Shown: piece after piece, positions 49,701 to 61,421 of the stretch
How positions within the stretch are numbered: position 1 is the first letter of the stretch
How the letters are laid out: every line of letters starts with the position of its first letter
NCBI GenBank assembly: GCA_964035545.1
Contig: OZ037772.1
Span: forward strand, 5,150,233 to 5,214,232
Source of the DNA: Bugula neritina
Lineage: Eukaryota > Animalia > Bryozoa
DNA: 64,000 bases
Reading direction: 5' to 3'
The notes under the pieces: generated by a model
The model's database searches: none
What the model was told of the DNA's origin: nothing
The model's input: the letters and a program-made list of their open reading frames with translations, nothing else
Made by a program: the position numbers and the translations under genes

Positions 49701-52700
49701 CTCAAGTTGGCAATGCAAAAATGATGAGTTTGCTAATTGAAAAGCTTCCAGCAAAACAACAAGTAGAGTTTCTTCAAAAGGCTAATGCCAAAGGTTTCAC
49801 TCCTTTCCAACTAGCCGTGGAACAACAAAATGAATCAGTTGTAAAAGCAATGTTGGAGTTGGCTGCAAAGCACAGTAGCAATGTATTGCTGAAATCCTTC
49901 TTTAATTGTTTACCATCAAATAATCAAAAGAAAATTCTCATGGCCACACCTGAAAGCAAAAGTTTTTTGTTTTACCTTTTAGCTTTGAAAAAAGTCAATG
50001 CGATTGGAATGCTGATAAAAATGTTGCCAGAAAAGGAACGAGTGGATGTCATTTTTCAAACAGATCTAAAGAGATATTCTCTGTTACATCATGCTGTGAA
50101 GCAAGAGAATGCCGATGCTTTAGATAAGTTAATCGAGCTAGTGAAACCAGATGATTGGGAACAGTTTATTACTGAGCAGTCGAACTACCGTGAAAATTTG
50201 ATTGTCATGGCTGTGAAGTTGCCTCAAACCGGCATGATAAGCAAAATTCTGAAACCTCTGCCACAGAATCAGAGAGTTAAAGCTATTTTATCCACATCAA
50301 GTAGGGAGGTAGATGTCATGAAATGCATTATTGAAAACACGAAAATGCTGGAATCATTGCTAATGGAAGCTGCAGAAAGCAAAAAAGGGCAAATCACCGA
50401 CTTATTTGTTCCGTGTGAGTACAAGCATCAAGCAATTGAGCAAGCTTTTTATATGTCGGTGAAGTACCAATGTGCGGAGATGGTGAAAGCTCTGCTAGAT
50501 CTTATGGATCTTGATCAAAGAAGAGAAGTAATTGCTGATCGACAAAATAAAAAAGGAAACAGCATTTTTCACATTTTATCTAGTTCTAAAAATTTGGAAA
50601 TGATCAGGATGTTGCTTGAGTCGCTCTCACAATTACCACAAAGACAAAAACTTGGAGTCATTTGTTCAGCCAACAAATATGGATACAACTCAGTTTCTTT
50701 AGCGGTGGATAAAGACATAGGAGCTTTGCTTGAGTTGCTCAAGAAGAGCGCGCCATTACCATCAGACTTACGGGAGAAAATTGAAAATGAAATTGAACGA
50801 CCCGTTGTAAAAGAAGAAAGCAATTCCACTTCTGAGGAACTGCTAAGCTTTCTGGATGATAGGCAAAAGACAAGTTTATTGATCCAGCAACTCCGTTTTC
50901 GTGCCGTCGAAACTAAGAAAGACAGCTTTCTAAAAGTAACAGGATGGTGTTCCTCTTTTGCTGAAGATTGTTCAGCTTTGCAATCCTTTTCTATTCCCCA
51001 TCGAAACCTGATGCATATTGCACTCAAAATAAATTCAATGAAGAGCGATGAAGCAGATAATCAGGTAAAACGTTTTGAATTAGTGTTGGAGCAGTTGAAC
51101 ACTAGCGAGATCGAACATATGCTTACACAAAAAGATGGCGATGGATTTTACGCTCTGGAACTATCTGTTATACATCTTAACCATCGCGTGCTGTCTCAGA
51201 TTTTTGCAAAAGTAAGCCCAAGATGCATTGTACAGGTTCTTACACAGCGTAATATTCGCCAAGTCAGCATTCTTGAGATTGCAGAAGAATTGCACCGGGA
51301 TGTGAAAACTGTGTTCCAAGATATTCCTACTGAGAAACAGTGGGACGTCAAAGTCCTCCTTTTACAGAAAGCTATAGAGTTAGAAAACAGCTCCCTCCTG
51401 GAATTGATGTGCACCAACTTTGAGGAAACAGTAGTTGGTGAGCTTCCTATGCTAAAAGAGAACTTTAGTATGTCTCAATCACAGATAAGTCTGTTGAACA
51501 CCGTGAGCGATACATACGTAATACCCGCTCCTCAGCTTAAAGCTAAATGCTACGCTGTTTTAATTTATGAATCCAGTTTTGAAAATGAAAAAACCTGCAT
51601 TTACCAGCTATTAAAAGACATGGGATTTGAGACAGCATGTTGCAAATGGGACAAAAAAGATGATAGAACCGGGATATTTGATAACATGGCTATCGATGTA
51701 TGGAAACCATGCTCATTGCTACTGATGTTTGTGTTGGGAGACAGAATAGCTGGAAGTGATAAAGTTGCGCTACAAACTCTGGAGGCTTTACACTCGTGTC
51801 CTGAAACCCCAATAGTAAGTATTGAAAATGTAACTAAGTTTGTAACCATAAAAATGCTTTTACCCCAATGCTAATATCATTTAAGTTGGACTTCCAAAAT
51901 AGTTATTCCAGCTAAGAAAAAACATTTTGCCACTTGATTCAGGATTAAATTTTCCTAAAAAGTATTCTATTATCTGCATAACTAAATTTAGCTAGCTTAT
52001 TAAGAATATCAAACTTTTTATTATGAGACTTTCCAAATTATATTCAATAAATTTAGTTATACAATTGCAGCAACAAACACACTAAAATTAAACAAGTAAC
52101 TCGGATTAAAAAAACTGATTCTAATATTAAAGCTTAATAAATTTCAGTAGTTAGCAATACTCTAGTTTCAGCAACAAAACTATGCGAAGCAAAACGTTTC
52201 AGTTTCTCAAAATTTTAAGTGCACTAATAACTTTTGTAAAACACTTTTTAATGTATAATATAATGAAATATATAGCATAAGCAAGTAGTAAAATGTTTGG
52301 TATATGTTGTAATAAAAACACTGTTGATTTGTGATCTTTTGTAGGTGTTTTTCTATGAGGCATCGAATTTGGAGACTGAAAGAAAAATAATTTCTAAGAG
52401 AAAGCATTCAGCTCTGATTGGTGCTAAAGCTAGTCAACAGACTGATGGAACCTTTCTAAGACAAGTAGTTCAAGAACTCAAAGCTTCTCAGGACAAAGAT
52501 ATTGTGAAATTGGGTTTGCAAGTTGCTCAGCGGTTGGGTGAACCTGTGGAATACTGGTCCTGGCTGCTAAAGACGCCAAGTCTGCCTTCTTCATTTGGCG
52601 TCGAAGGTAATTTTAAATACACCTTGCTCATGCATTGTGATGGAGTGTTTTGCTGATGGTGTATGGTGTAAGCTTTAAAAACTTGAAATTGTATGATAAA

Positions 52701-55049
52701 TGAATTAGCATATTATATTGCGCCTATAATATATAATTAGCAGATGTAATTTAAAGTTATTGCTATTCAAAATTAATTCTGTTTTCAATTTCAGAGGCAG
52801 AGGGCGAGTTTTCGAGTGACAGTTGTTCCGAGATGACAGATGACAGTTCTGAGTTTGATTGGCAACCTATACCATCTGAAGTCTACCAAAATATTTCCGA
52901 GTATGTTCAGTCTTTTTAAAGAAAGTAGATTATGTCTAATACATATATAATTGCCTTAAAATTTGTTTTTATAGAGAAGTATATTGTTGTCGCTGTATAA
53001 ATAATGTTTAAATTATTATCTATTTTCTTTCTCAGTTGAACAGTACTCTATTTTTCGTTTACTCCTGTAGAATCTGCTCAAGACACAATGTGAAAAACTT
53101 TGCGCTCACACAAGACCCTGGTAACTGGCAAAATATAGTAATCGGTGTTGAAAACAAAACAGAAGACTTAGAAAAGGACTTTAATAAGTTGAACAATGAC
53201 TTTGCATCAGAAAACATTGGCTTTACTATTACAGTTGAAACCAGTGGTTCCCACCTTTACACTAAGTTCCACGCACCTGCAAACTTAAAACGTGAAAAAT
53301 GGGAAAACCCAAATTGGGTTAATGCTAGTAGTGATTCGGCATGTGAATTGTTTGTTCAAGCTGTTGAAAGGAGGAGAGTGGCACCAGAAAATTCAGTTTA
53401 TTCAGTTGGCCCTGCCCACGTGGTAATTGATGAGGAGATGCATGAAGAATTTTCCAATGCTGGCCAAATTGAAAATGCTAGACGAGGTGTAGAACAATTT
53501 ACCACCAACCACCGCTGTGTCTTACATCAGCAAGATGATGGTGACAGACTAGACATTGGATATCCGCCATTGATGTGCTATCGGCTTTATTGCTGGGTCA
53601 AGGAAAATATTGACATCAACGATAACGATTCGTGTCCAGATTGTCGGGAATTCGGAAGGAGGATCAACCAGCTACGTATAGAAACACAATACATAGAAAC
53701 GTCAAAAATGCACCAGGAAATTAATGGAAAAGGAAATTTTGATGAAATCAGGCTATGCACTCACCTCATAATGAACGACATGATGTTCCTACCGTTAGCC
53801 AGAGATAATGCTCATGAGTTAAGTAGAGAATTACACTATAATAACATTTATAAAGTTAGCACAATAGGTGAACTTCGTAGCTTACGAGGGAAGACAATAA
53901 AAGTTAATAACTACAAAGGCCGCATAAGTGAGATATTTGTGAAGTATCGCCGCAGTGCTGAAGGTCACAACAACATTTTCGGATTCCATGTTCAATTCAC
54001 AATTACAACTGATGAGTAAGCATATTTACTTGTTCATTTTTAATCAATTTTGAATTAATTGCATTTAGCAAAATATGTCTTAAATTTATATATTAAGCCA
54101 AAAACTTTTCAGTAACAGCAGAATTGCACTTACAGTTGTTGAATATTGTATATAACAATTGAAAACTTAAATTTTTTAATAGGTCAAACCTAACTAATAA
54201 CAATTAGGTAACATTATTCTATCAATGTACTTATTTCTTTCTTGTCACTTTTCCTGTAAAAGCTTGAGAACTGAAAGACGTAATTGGAAAACTGAAAGAC
54301 GTAATTTGAGAACTTTGGTAAAACTCTCTAAAGAGACAAACATTGACATAGGGTCTCGGAACTGGACTAATCAAATGGCTCATTTTCTACAACATATTTG
54401 AACATATAGTAGGGGGCTATAGATATGAGGTTTATTTGAAAGCAATGTAGCTGTTAGCTGTGTGAAGAAAATTATGTTTTCACTAAACTCAAAAACCTTA
54501 GAATTCTATTCAATGTTAGAAATTAAAAATACATAAAATGATAAATAGCCTAAACATTTCAAGCAGTTAAATCAAAAACAAAAAATGTTATCTGAGTATT
54601 TAATTTAAAATATAGAAGTATAGTTTTTGTCTTTTCTAAGTGATTTTTCAGAATTTGGTGCACGGTTTCAATCAATAAAATTGTAATACAACATGAATTT
54701 CCTTAAATAAAGCCAGTGCAGTTTTTGAGTCAGAGTCTGTATGAATTTTCAAACACCCGAGTGTTACAGTACATGATATAATTATAAGTAATGAAACTGT
54801 TATTTCAGCTCATTGGAAAGAGGGGACTGTGGTCGTATTCTCTACCTCAAAGCTAAAAATCCTGAAACAGAAAAGGCAGAATGGCAACCATTGGGCATGT
54901 ATGTGGGAATGAATGAACTGACGCAAAACTTGAAAAGCAAAATTTACCGTGCTGTTTTGCTACACCAAACGTTCAGAGAAATGGAGGAAGATTATCCACA
55001 TCATATTAATGAAGTCCGTCTTTTTGGTGGTAGAAGACATAGACAGTGA
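46415..55049 (+). CDS. Multi-exon gene (~2193 aa): ankyrin-repeat array + pseudo-caspase domain + acidic linker + chymotrypsin-fold (Cys-nucleophile) protease domain. Exons 46415-46601, 46974-51814, 52345-52606, 52795-52900, 53071-54015, 54809-55049
   Basis: All 5 introns are GT..AG with matching phases (1,0,1,2,2). The joined CDS is 6582 nt, open from ATG to TGA. Many ankyrin motifs (GNTPLHSAV, GYSPLHLAV, GETAVHLAV, ETVLHIAV, GKNALHLAV, GFTPFQLAV). Caspase-like motif order at 51542-52590. Protease motifs PAH / NDMMFL / GDCG / LGMYVG in exons 5-6. Confidence 0.85.
46714..46865. repeat. (TA)n then (TG)n/(CGTG)n microsatellites in the first coding intron
   Basis: Direct inspection. Confidence 0.95.
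46974..51814 (+). CDS. Giant 4841-bp exon encoding the ankyrin array and first half of the caspase-like domain
   Basis: 1643-aa ORF without stops; acceptor ctgttAG at 46972-46973, donor GTaagt at 51815. Confidence 0.92.
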
Positions 55050-56249
55050 AAATCACATATCTAAATTTACTCATTTGGTTGGTTTAGTTGAAAATATGAA
55101 TCATGAGAACTACATTTTAGTGTCTCCTTTTTGCTATTTTTGCTATTAAATTTAGATTAACTTCATGTAACATCTATGATTATTTTAATGAACTCTGCGA
55201 CTTATTTTTACAGTAAGATAAATTATGCAAATAGCATCAGTTCCTTCTTACATGACATGACATTGTGAAACCAGTTTTTCAGCTTAAACTTAAAGTGCTA
55301 ACTCCGAGTTGATCAAAAACCTACAATATTTTACTTTGAAGTACATTTCATTTTAAATCATCATATTATTGTGATAGATTTCCTCATGAGGTATACATAT
55401 GTGTGAGTGTGTATGCATTCTCTTATGTTTGTGTGTTAAATATGTTACAACACCAAGTTTCAATGTAGTTGACAGAAAACATTGTAGTTTTTTTATTATA
55501 TGGATGTTATCTATACTATACTAATCTTTAAGTACTAGAAGTACCATTTTAATCTTTAGAATTGAATTAATATATTATATGTTTGTAATTTCACAGTTTT
55601 CATAAAAAGTTTGATTCAACATTTGATTTCAATTGTTAACAGAATGCTGTGCTGGTAATATTCACTATTGTACTAGATTTGTATAATAATATATGCTTTT
55701 ATTGCATCATTTGATTTTTTCTCACCAATTGTTTGAAATTCTTTACACTACAAAATGCTTAGATTATTAAATAAAATGTTGTGTAATGCGCTACAAGTGT
55801 GGTTTTATTTTGGTTTCTCAAACGGTAATCAATCACTGTCTGGTTTAAGTCGCTTTTGTATGTATGGATCTTCTCATCAGCTTTAGTGAAAAATGTATTA
55901 GCAAGCTCCAAAACCCCATTTCTTGCATACTCTAGTATCTTCTCTCTACCATCATTCTTCCTGCCCACTGACTTTCCTCCATATCATCTTTCAAAGCCCT
56001 CTAGTCTATTTGTTCCAACATGTCCATTCAAATCACCCGCCAGTATCAGTTTTTCGGAAGCCGGGATGCGTGTAGTGATTCCTTCCAGTTGGTTCCAGAA
56101 TCGCTGCTTCTCCTCTTCACAACCTTGTTGGGTTGCATACACGGTCACTATGTCGTATGTCTTTTCAGGTGTTACTAATTTTGCTGCCATTATTCTACCA
56201 GACACTCTGTCAGTCACCATTACTTTATCTTTCCACTCCTTAGGCATAT

Positions 56250-56598
56250 TGTAATGGGATTACGTAGTATAACAATGGGGTTGTCCCCTCTTGTATGGGA
56301 ATACTTATAAAGTATGTTCTACTATCCAATCAGAGGGACCGGAAGGCAAGGTTCCGGTCAAGTGACTGTTCGCGGGTTAGCCAGCAGAAACCATGTGTTG
56401 TTGAGAGCAAGGACTCGTAGTAGTAACATGTGTTTGTAATTGATCAGTGTTGTATAATCGTTTGATGTGGTGTTATAATTATGTTTATCGAATTAAATAA
56501 AGGTTATCGTACGCAAGCCAGACTATTGATTGCTAGTTAAATTGACACTAAAATACGCATACAATCCACGCTTGATAATTGCGCTAAAACTCACAACA
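56250..56598 (+). repeat. Gypsy 5' LTR
   Basis: About 8 substitutions and 2 single-base indels versus 61075-61421 (manual count). Confidence 0.95.
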
Positions 56599-56599
56599 G

Positions 56600-56617
56600 T
56601 GGTGGCAGCGGTGGGAT
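56600..56617 (+). promoter_or_regulatory. Primer-binding site, complementary to a tRNA-Leu 3' end
   Basis: Reverse complement is ATCCCACCGCTGCCACCA. Confidence 0.8.
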
Positions 56618-56633
56618 CTTTGCGTATATCAAG

Positions 56634-57555
56634 ATGACAGAAAGAGGCACAAAGCTACCCATTCGGAGGAATGAAGGTGAGGAAGATAACGTTGCTATAC
56701 CTATAGAACCAGAAGTGAGAGTGCATAAGGAATGTTATGAAAAGAAGTACCGGCTGAGGGTGCCCACCTTCTCAGGTGAGGAGTCGGTGGAGCAATTCGT
56801 TCAGGAATTCCAAGATGTAATGGCCGCCCAGAATAGCATTGCTCAAGCTCAGGATGGCACTGTCAGACAAAGCCAAGCCATACGGAGTGGGACCAGACAT
56901 CGACGGGATCTTTGCTTCCCTGCGGGCCCGTTTTGGTATCTCCGCTGTAGATGCACGGGCCCGTCTCCAAAGACTGCGGCGTAATCCTCACACGCCGCTA
57001 CAAGAGCACGCTACCACGGTCATGAGACTGGTGCAGATCGCGTTCCGCGATCTGCCTCAAGTAAACCGTGAGAGGTACACTTATGATGCCTTCGTGCAAT
57101 CCATCAACAACTTGGGACTCCATCACCAACTCCTGGCGAGGGGAGTCACCACGGTCGAAGGTGCACTCGCAGAAGGAGAGGCTTACCTTCTGGCGAGTCA
57201 GCTGCACCGGAACCGTGTGACTTCTCGTCAGGTAGACATGGAGCCCTCCGCTGCTCCTACCGCTCCCAACGCGAAAACTCCAGCGGTGGCCAAGGTGACG
57301 CAGATGACGGTAGCATCGAAGGTCGCACAAATGACCGACATGCTAGCCGAACTGGTCTCCGCCTTGGCTCCTCTCAGCCAGTTAGACACTACCCATGAGC
57401 TAGACGGGCCACAGGTACAGTCACCTGGTAGAGGACACCCCTCTTGCTGGGAGTGCGAAAGACCAGGACACTTCCAGAAACATTGTCCCCGAATTCAACC
57501 AGGGTTAAACTACGACGGCCCGCAAATGCTCCCACATCCGGCGGGCCGCCGATAA
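56634..57555 (+). pseudogene. Gypsy gag (frameshift near 56835)
   Basis: VPTFSGEESVEQFVQEF, capsid-like helices, CCHC knuckle. Confidence 0.85.
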
Positions 57556-57839
57556 ATTCCCAAGGGAGGACACAGTGGCATCCGCCACGCCGGACGTCTG
57601 TCCGACACCTCGCGGAACGGCCACCAGGACGGCAAGCAGGCTGTACAAGCCGCTCTCCGCCGGTGTTCTCAATGCCACTCTGCAACAGGTTCAACAAACG
57701 ACGGACTGCAGAGTCTGCGAGGGGAAAGGCCCAAACACCGCCACATCCTCGACAGCTGGTCCCCAGTCGTCGTCAGAAACCTAACCCCTCCACCAGGGCG
57801 AGGGAGATGAGGTCACCCAAGATACCACTACATCCCCAC

Positions 57840-59658
57840 GAGAGCAGCCTGTTTCTACGAGGACAGATAGCCGGCAAGCCTGCCAAATTCCTGTTAGACA
57901 CGGGCTGCACCACCAACCACCATTCTTCGACACATTCAGCGCTCAGATCTGAAGCAGGTTGGGACCGTACAAAGGCGATCATGGCACTCTGGCAGACGGG
58001 TTGTGCATCCCCTTCTACGGTATTATTGAACTCCCTGGGAGCGTCTGTGACCAGACCATCCAGGAGAGGTTCATCGTCGGACAGCTCCAAGAGGACGCCA
58101 TCCTTGGGATGCCATTCTTACAACGACACGGATGTCGCATCGATTTTGGTAAATCTGCGATGTTTATGGGCGGCAGGGAGCTCGCCTGTGTCGATAAGTT
58201 TGGCCATCCTCTAACGGGAGAAGAGCCGGTAGTACGTACCTGTACTATGCCCGGCCACTCCAGGGGCGCCGTCCACCGCCAGGTAGACGGTGACCTTACC
58301 TCCAGGACGGAAGTTGTAGAGAGCGCGCACCCAAGCGTCCCACCTGCCCGCAGCTCTAACCAGCTGACACGGAGAGGAAAGATCTCAGTGCCATGCCTCC
58401 ACTCCCCCTCGGAGACGGTGAACCTACCACCCACCTCTCCACCGAGCTGTACTCCTTCTGTTCAAGAAGGTAACAGCAGGCCATCGGGGGAAACCGCGCT
58501 GAGAAGTCTTCTAGAGAGCCTGTCTCTAGGGCAGAGGACTGCCTCACCCCACGCCCCGCACAGCCCGGAGACTCGTGGGGGAGAATCAGACGGTTGTGTA
58601 GATAACAAGAAGCGCCAAGAGACGGCCACGTTACTACACAAAACCGAGGCTGCACCTCACCTTGGGGACCCTGACATGCCCCCAGAGATGGCACAGGACC
58701 TCCACGCCGAACCCGTCTCAATCAATAGCGTCAAGGAGCTACGACACCTACAAGAACATCTTCCGGGAGTGGTAGCCGACGTCTATCAAATAAAACGGGA
58801 AGGGCGACGACCCAGTGACAAACAGCGGAAGCTGGGCTGCGCCAAGTGGCAGCTGTACTGCCGACATTGGAACGCACTGCAAATCAGGGCCGGATGGTCT
58901 ATTGACCATATCTTTGGCCGCTAACCACTACCAGCCAGACCAAGAGAGGACCCTCTGTCCTGCCGCCATCCGCCGGGCATTGATAGAAGAGGTACACCAA
59001 CAGGCTCACGGGGGAGCCCAACAGGTGCTCACCAAACTACAACTCTGGTGGTATTGGCCTAACATGGAGCGTGAAGTACGGCGCAGAATTAGGCAGTGCC
59101 GAGTCTGCCGGGCCAGTAAACACGGCCGCCCTCCTAAGAAGGGGGGGGCGGCGAAGGCAAAATGCAGAGAGGCCCGGGCAGACGGAGACTGCTGACCTGG
59201 TCGACAAAACGCCCAGGATGCAACCCAAAGTTGTGGCGAGGCAGGAAAAGCCACACCCGTTCAGGGAAGTGCGCTCATCGCCTTCAGCGTCCAAGCTGCC
59301 GCCACCATTTCCTAGGTCAGAAACCGACCTGGAAGTGCAAAACCCCCCCACGGGAGAGGCTCTGTACGGAGATGCTGGGGAAGCTCCATTTGTCACAAAC
59401 TGGCTGGAAGCACCACCCAGGAGACGTGACCGTCCACGGGTGAGTAAACCGCCTTGGTTGGGGACGACACCCCGAAAACGGTGTTCTAGGCAAACCCCCG
59501 CGTACCTCAAGGACTTACCACGTGCCGTTCAGGGCGCGGTCAAACGTCCTAACAGGTACCTACGGGGAAGAAGGCAAAACATGGGAGTTATGAACACCAC
59601 GGGAATATCAACTTTTGCCTCGGCGGAATCTCAAAAGAGCTTAATACGCCGGAAGTAA
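57840..59658 (+). pseudogene. Gypsy pol remnant: protease, integrase Zn-binding domain and C-terminal tail
   Basis: FLLDTGC..DAILGMPFL and HHCC motifs; several frameshifts; no YxDD motif. Confidence 0.8.
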
Positions 59659-59893
59659 TAAGTCCTAGCCACGTTTCACAACCACGCTGCTCGCTCTTCT
59701 ATCGCATTGATACAGCTCTGAGTAGACGTACGTAGAAATCATAAACATACCACTCTCGTTCACAATGGCTTGCCAAGAATCGAGAGGTGAGTTAGTTATG
59801 TTTTTGGTACGAGGACTAAACTGTATTAATCAGCTTTACTGTAACAGAATAAGCTGGAGACTCGGTAATAATTTTTAGTGGTGGAAACTCACA

Positions 59894-60793
59894 TTGACTC
59901 TAAGACTGAACAGTCTGTCACAGCAGTGTGTGTTTTCGATCAACTATTCGTTAACTGAGTCTCACGAGTATCTAATTGAGTTAAGTACCCACCAGGCTGT
60001 ATACGCCGGTCGTACTCAGTGTACCCTCTTTACGCTGTTATACTCTTACAGATCACACTCAATCGACCAACTTCGGGTCACAAGATCTACCCCCCTCTCC
60101 TCCTTGGATAACGGACCGAAAACAGACAACGAACTGCCCGTGGCACTGCGCCGAAGACATAAATGGGTGTCACGACGGACGGAGCGACAAATTGAAGAAG
60201 CCTGGGGACCAATTGGCTCACAACGAACCTGCCACGTGTGTTATGAGGAGCTTCCCTCACACCAAGGACTGCGGCTGCATGTGAATGTACACTTCTTACT
60301 ACGCTTCTGTCCGTGCGGATTTCACGACGTATACCCATACCTTATCGTGGCACATATGATGGACTGTTTCGCAGGCAAAGGCTATGTAGTGGACGCGGAC
60401 AATTACGATCAATACCTAGAAGCGGTCAAACCAGTGGTTAAGAAGGCTTTAACCTGGGCCGCATTATCCTCCGGGTTTTATACAATGCTAACAGCCGCCC
60501 GTCAGAAATCCCCTATGGTAAAAACGGTCGCTGCAATCATACCCCGGCCAGACAACACCCCCATGGAAGCATCAGATTCTCCAGGAGAAGCGACGCCAAC
60601 TCCAACCAGGCCTAACCGACTAGCAACCGTCGAGGTAGGACTCCTACGACTGCAGGATGAATTTACCCAATTGGCCCCCGACTTACTCAGCACTACAATG
60701 AGCCTTAGTGAACTGAAGGGCTCAGTGGGATGCCTTAAGCGTAGACTACGTGCACGGCAAGCACGACACTGGACTCAGTCCCTGCAAAACTAG
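59894..60793 (+). CDS. Extra Gypsy ORF: Zn-finger-like region + coiled coil (start uncertain)
   Basis: 299-codon open frame between pol and the 3' LTR; CHVC..LRLHVNVH..CPCG..H..C; C-terminal heptads. Confidence 0.65.
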   Translation: MTLRLNSLSQQCVFSINYSLTESHEYLIELSTHQAVYAGRTQCTLFTLLYSYRSHSIDQLRVTRSTPLSSLDNGPKTDNELPVALRRRHKWVSRRTERQIEEAWGPIGSQRTCHVCYEELPSHQGLRLHVNVHFLLRFCPCGFHDVYPYLIVAHMMDCFAGKGYVVDADNYDQYLEAVKPVVKKALTWAALSSGFYTMLTAARQKSPMVKTVAAIIPRPDNTPMEASDSPGEATPTPTRPNRLATVEVGLLRLQDEFTQLAPDLLSTTMSLSELKGSVGCLKRRLRARQARHWTQSLQN

Positions 60794-61074
60794 GAGCTGG
60801 AAGTTGACAATTCTACCCCGCATATCCTCAGGGTACTACATTGTGATCGTGTAAATGCTTGATCTGCCAACAACCGATCTGTGTGACGATCCAGGTCTCT
60901 CTCTCTGTAGCTGGCCAGCTGTGTGTCGGCCGTCTGGTTATCTTACTTATATATATGTCGTACGTTTGATATTTCTCTTCTTTTTCTTTGTGGATTTTCC
61001 TTACCTATGTCATTTTTGCATTATTATACTATTTTGCTTTATCAGAAAGTAGGGCTTTCTGCTGGTGGGGGTGG

Positions 61075-61421
61075 TGTAATGGGATTACGTAGTATAATAA
61101 TGGGGTCGTCCCCTCTTTATGGGAATACTTATAAACTATGTTCTACTATCCAATCAGAGGGTTCGGAAGGCAAGGTTCCGGTCAAGTGACTGTTCGCGGG
61201 TTAGCCAGCAGAAACCATGTGTTGTTGAGAGCAAGAACTCGTAGTAGTAACATGTGTTTGTAATTGATCAGTGTTGTATAATCGTTTGATGTGGTGTTAT
61301 AATTATGTTTATCGAATTAAATAAAGGTTATCGTACGCAAGCCAGACTATTGATTGCTAGTTAAATTGACACTAAATACGCATACAATTCACGCTTGATA
61401 ATTGTGCTAAAACTCACAACA
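61075..61421 (+). repeat. Gypsy 3' LTR
   Basis: Follows the PPT and is followed by TSD ATAT. Confidence 0.95.

Larger units (their letters stand above)
56250..61421 (+). mobile_element. Ty3/Gypsy LTR element with both LTRs, non-autonomous (no RT, RNase H or integrase core)
   Basis: LTRs 56250-56598 and 61075-61421 (TG..CA), 4-bp TSD ATAT, PBS TGGTGGCAGCGGTGGGAT and PPT ggtgggggtgg. Coding remnants: gag with CWECERPGHFQKHC, protease LLDTGC, integrase HHCC (HQQAH..YWPNM..CRVC). Confidence 0.95.

Noticed and set aside
47152-51849. Antisense ORFs within the ankyrin exon and within TE ORFs
   Set aside because: Short shadows of long sense-strand coding sequence, with no motifs.
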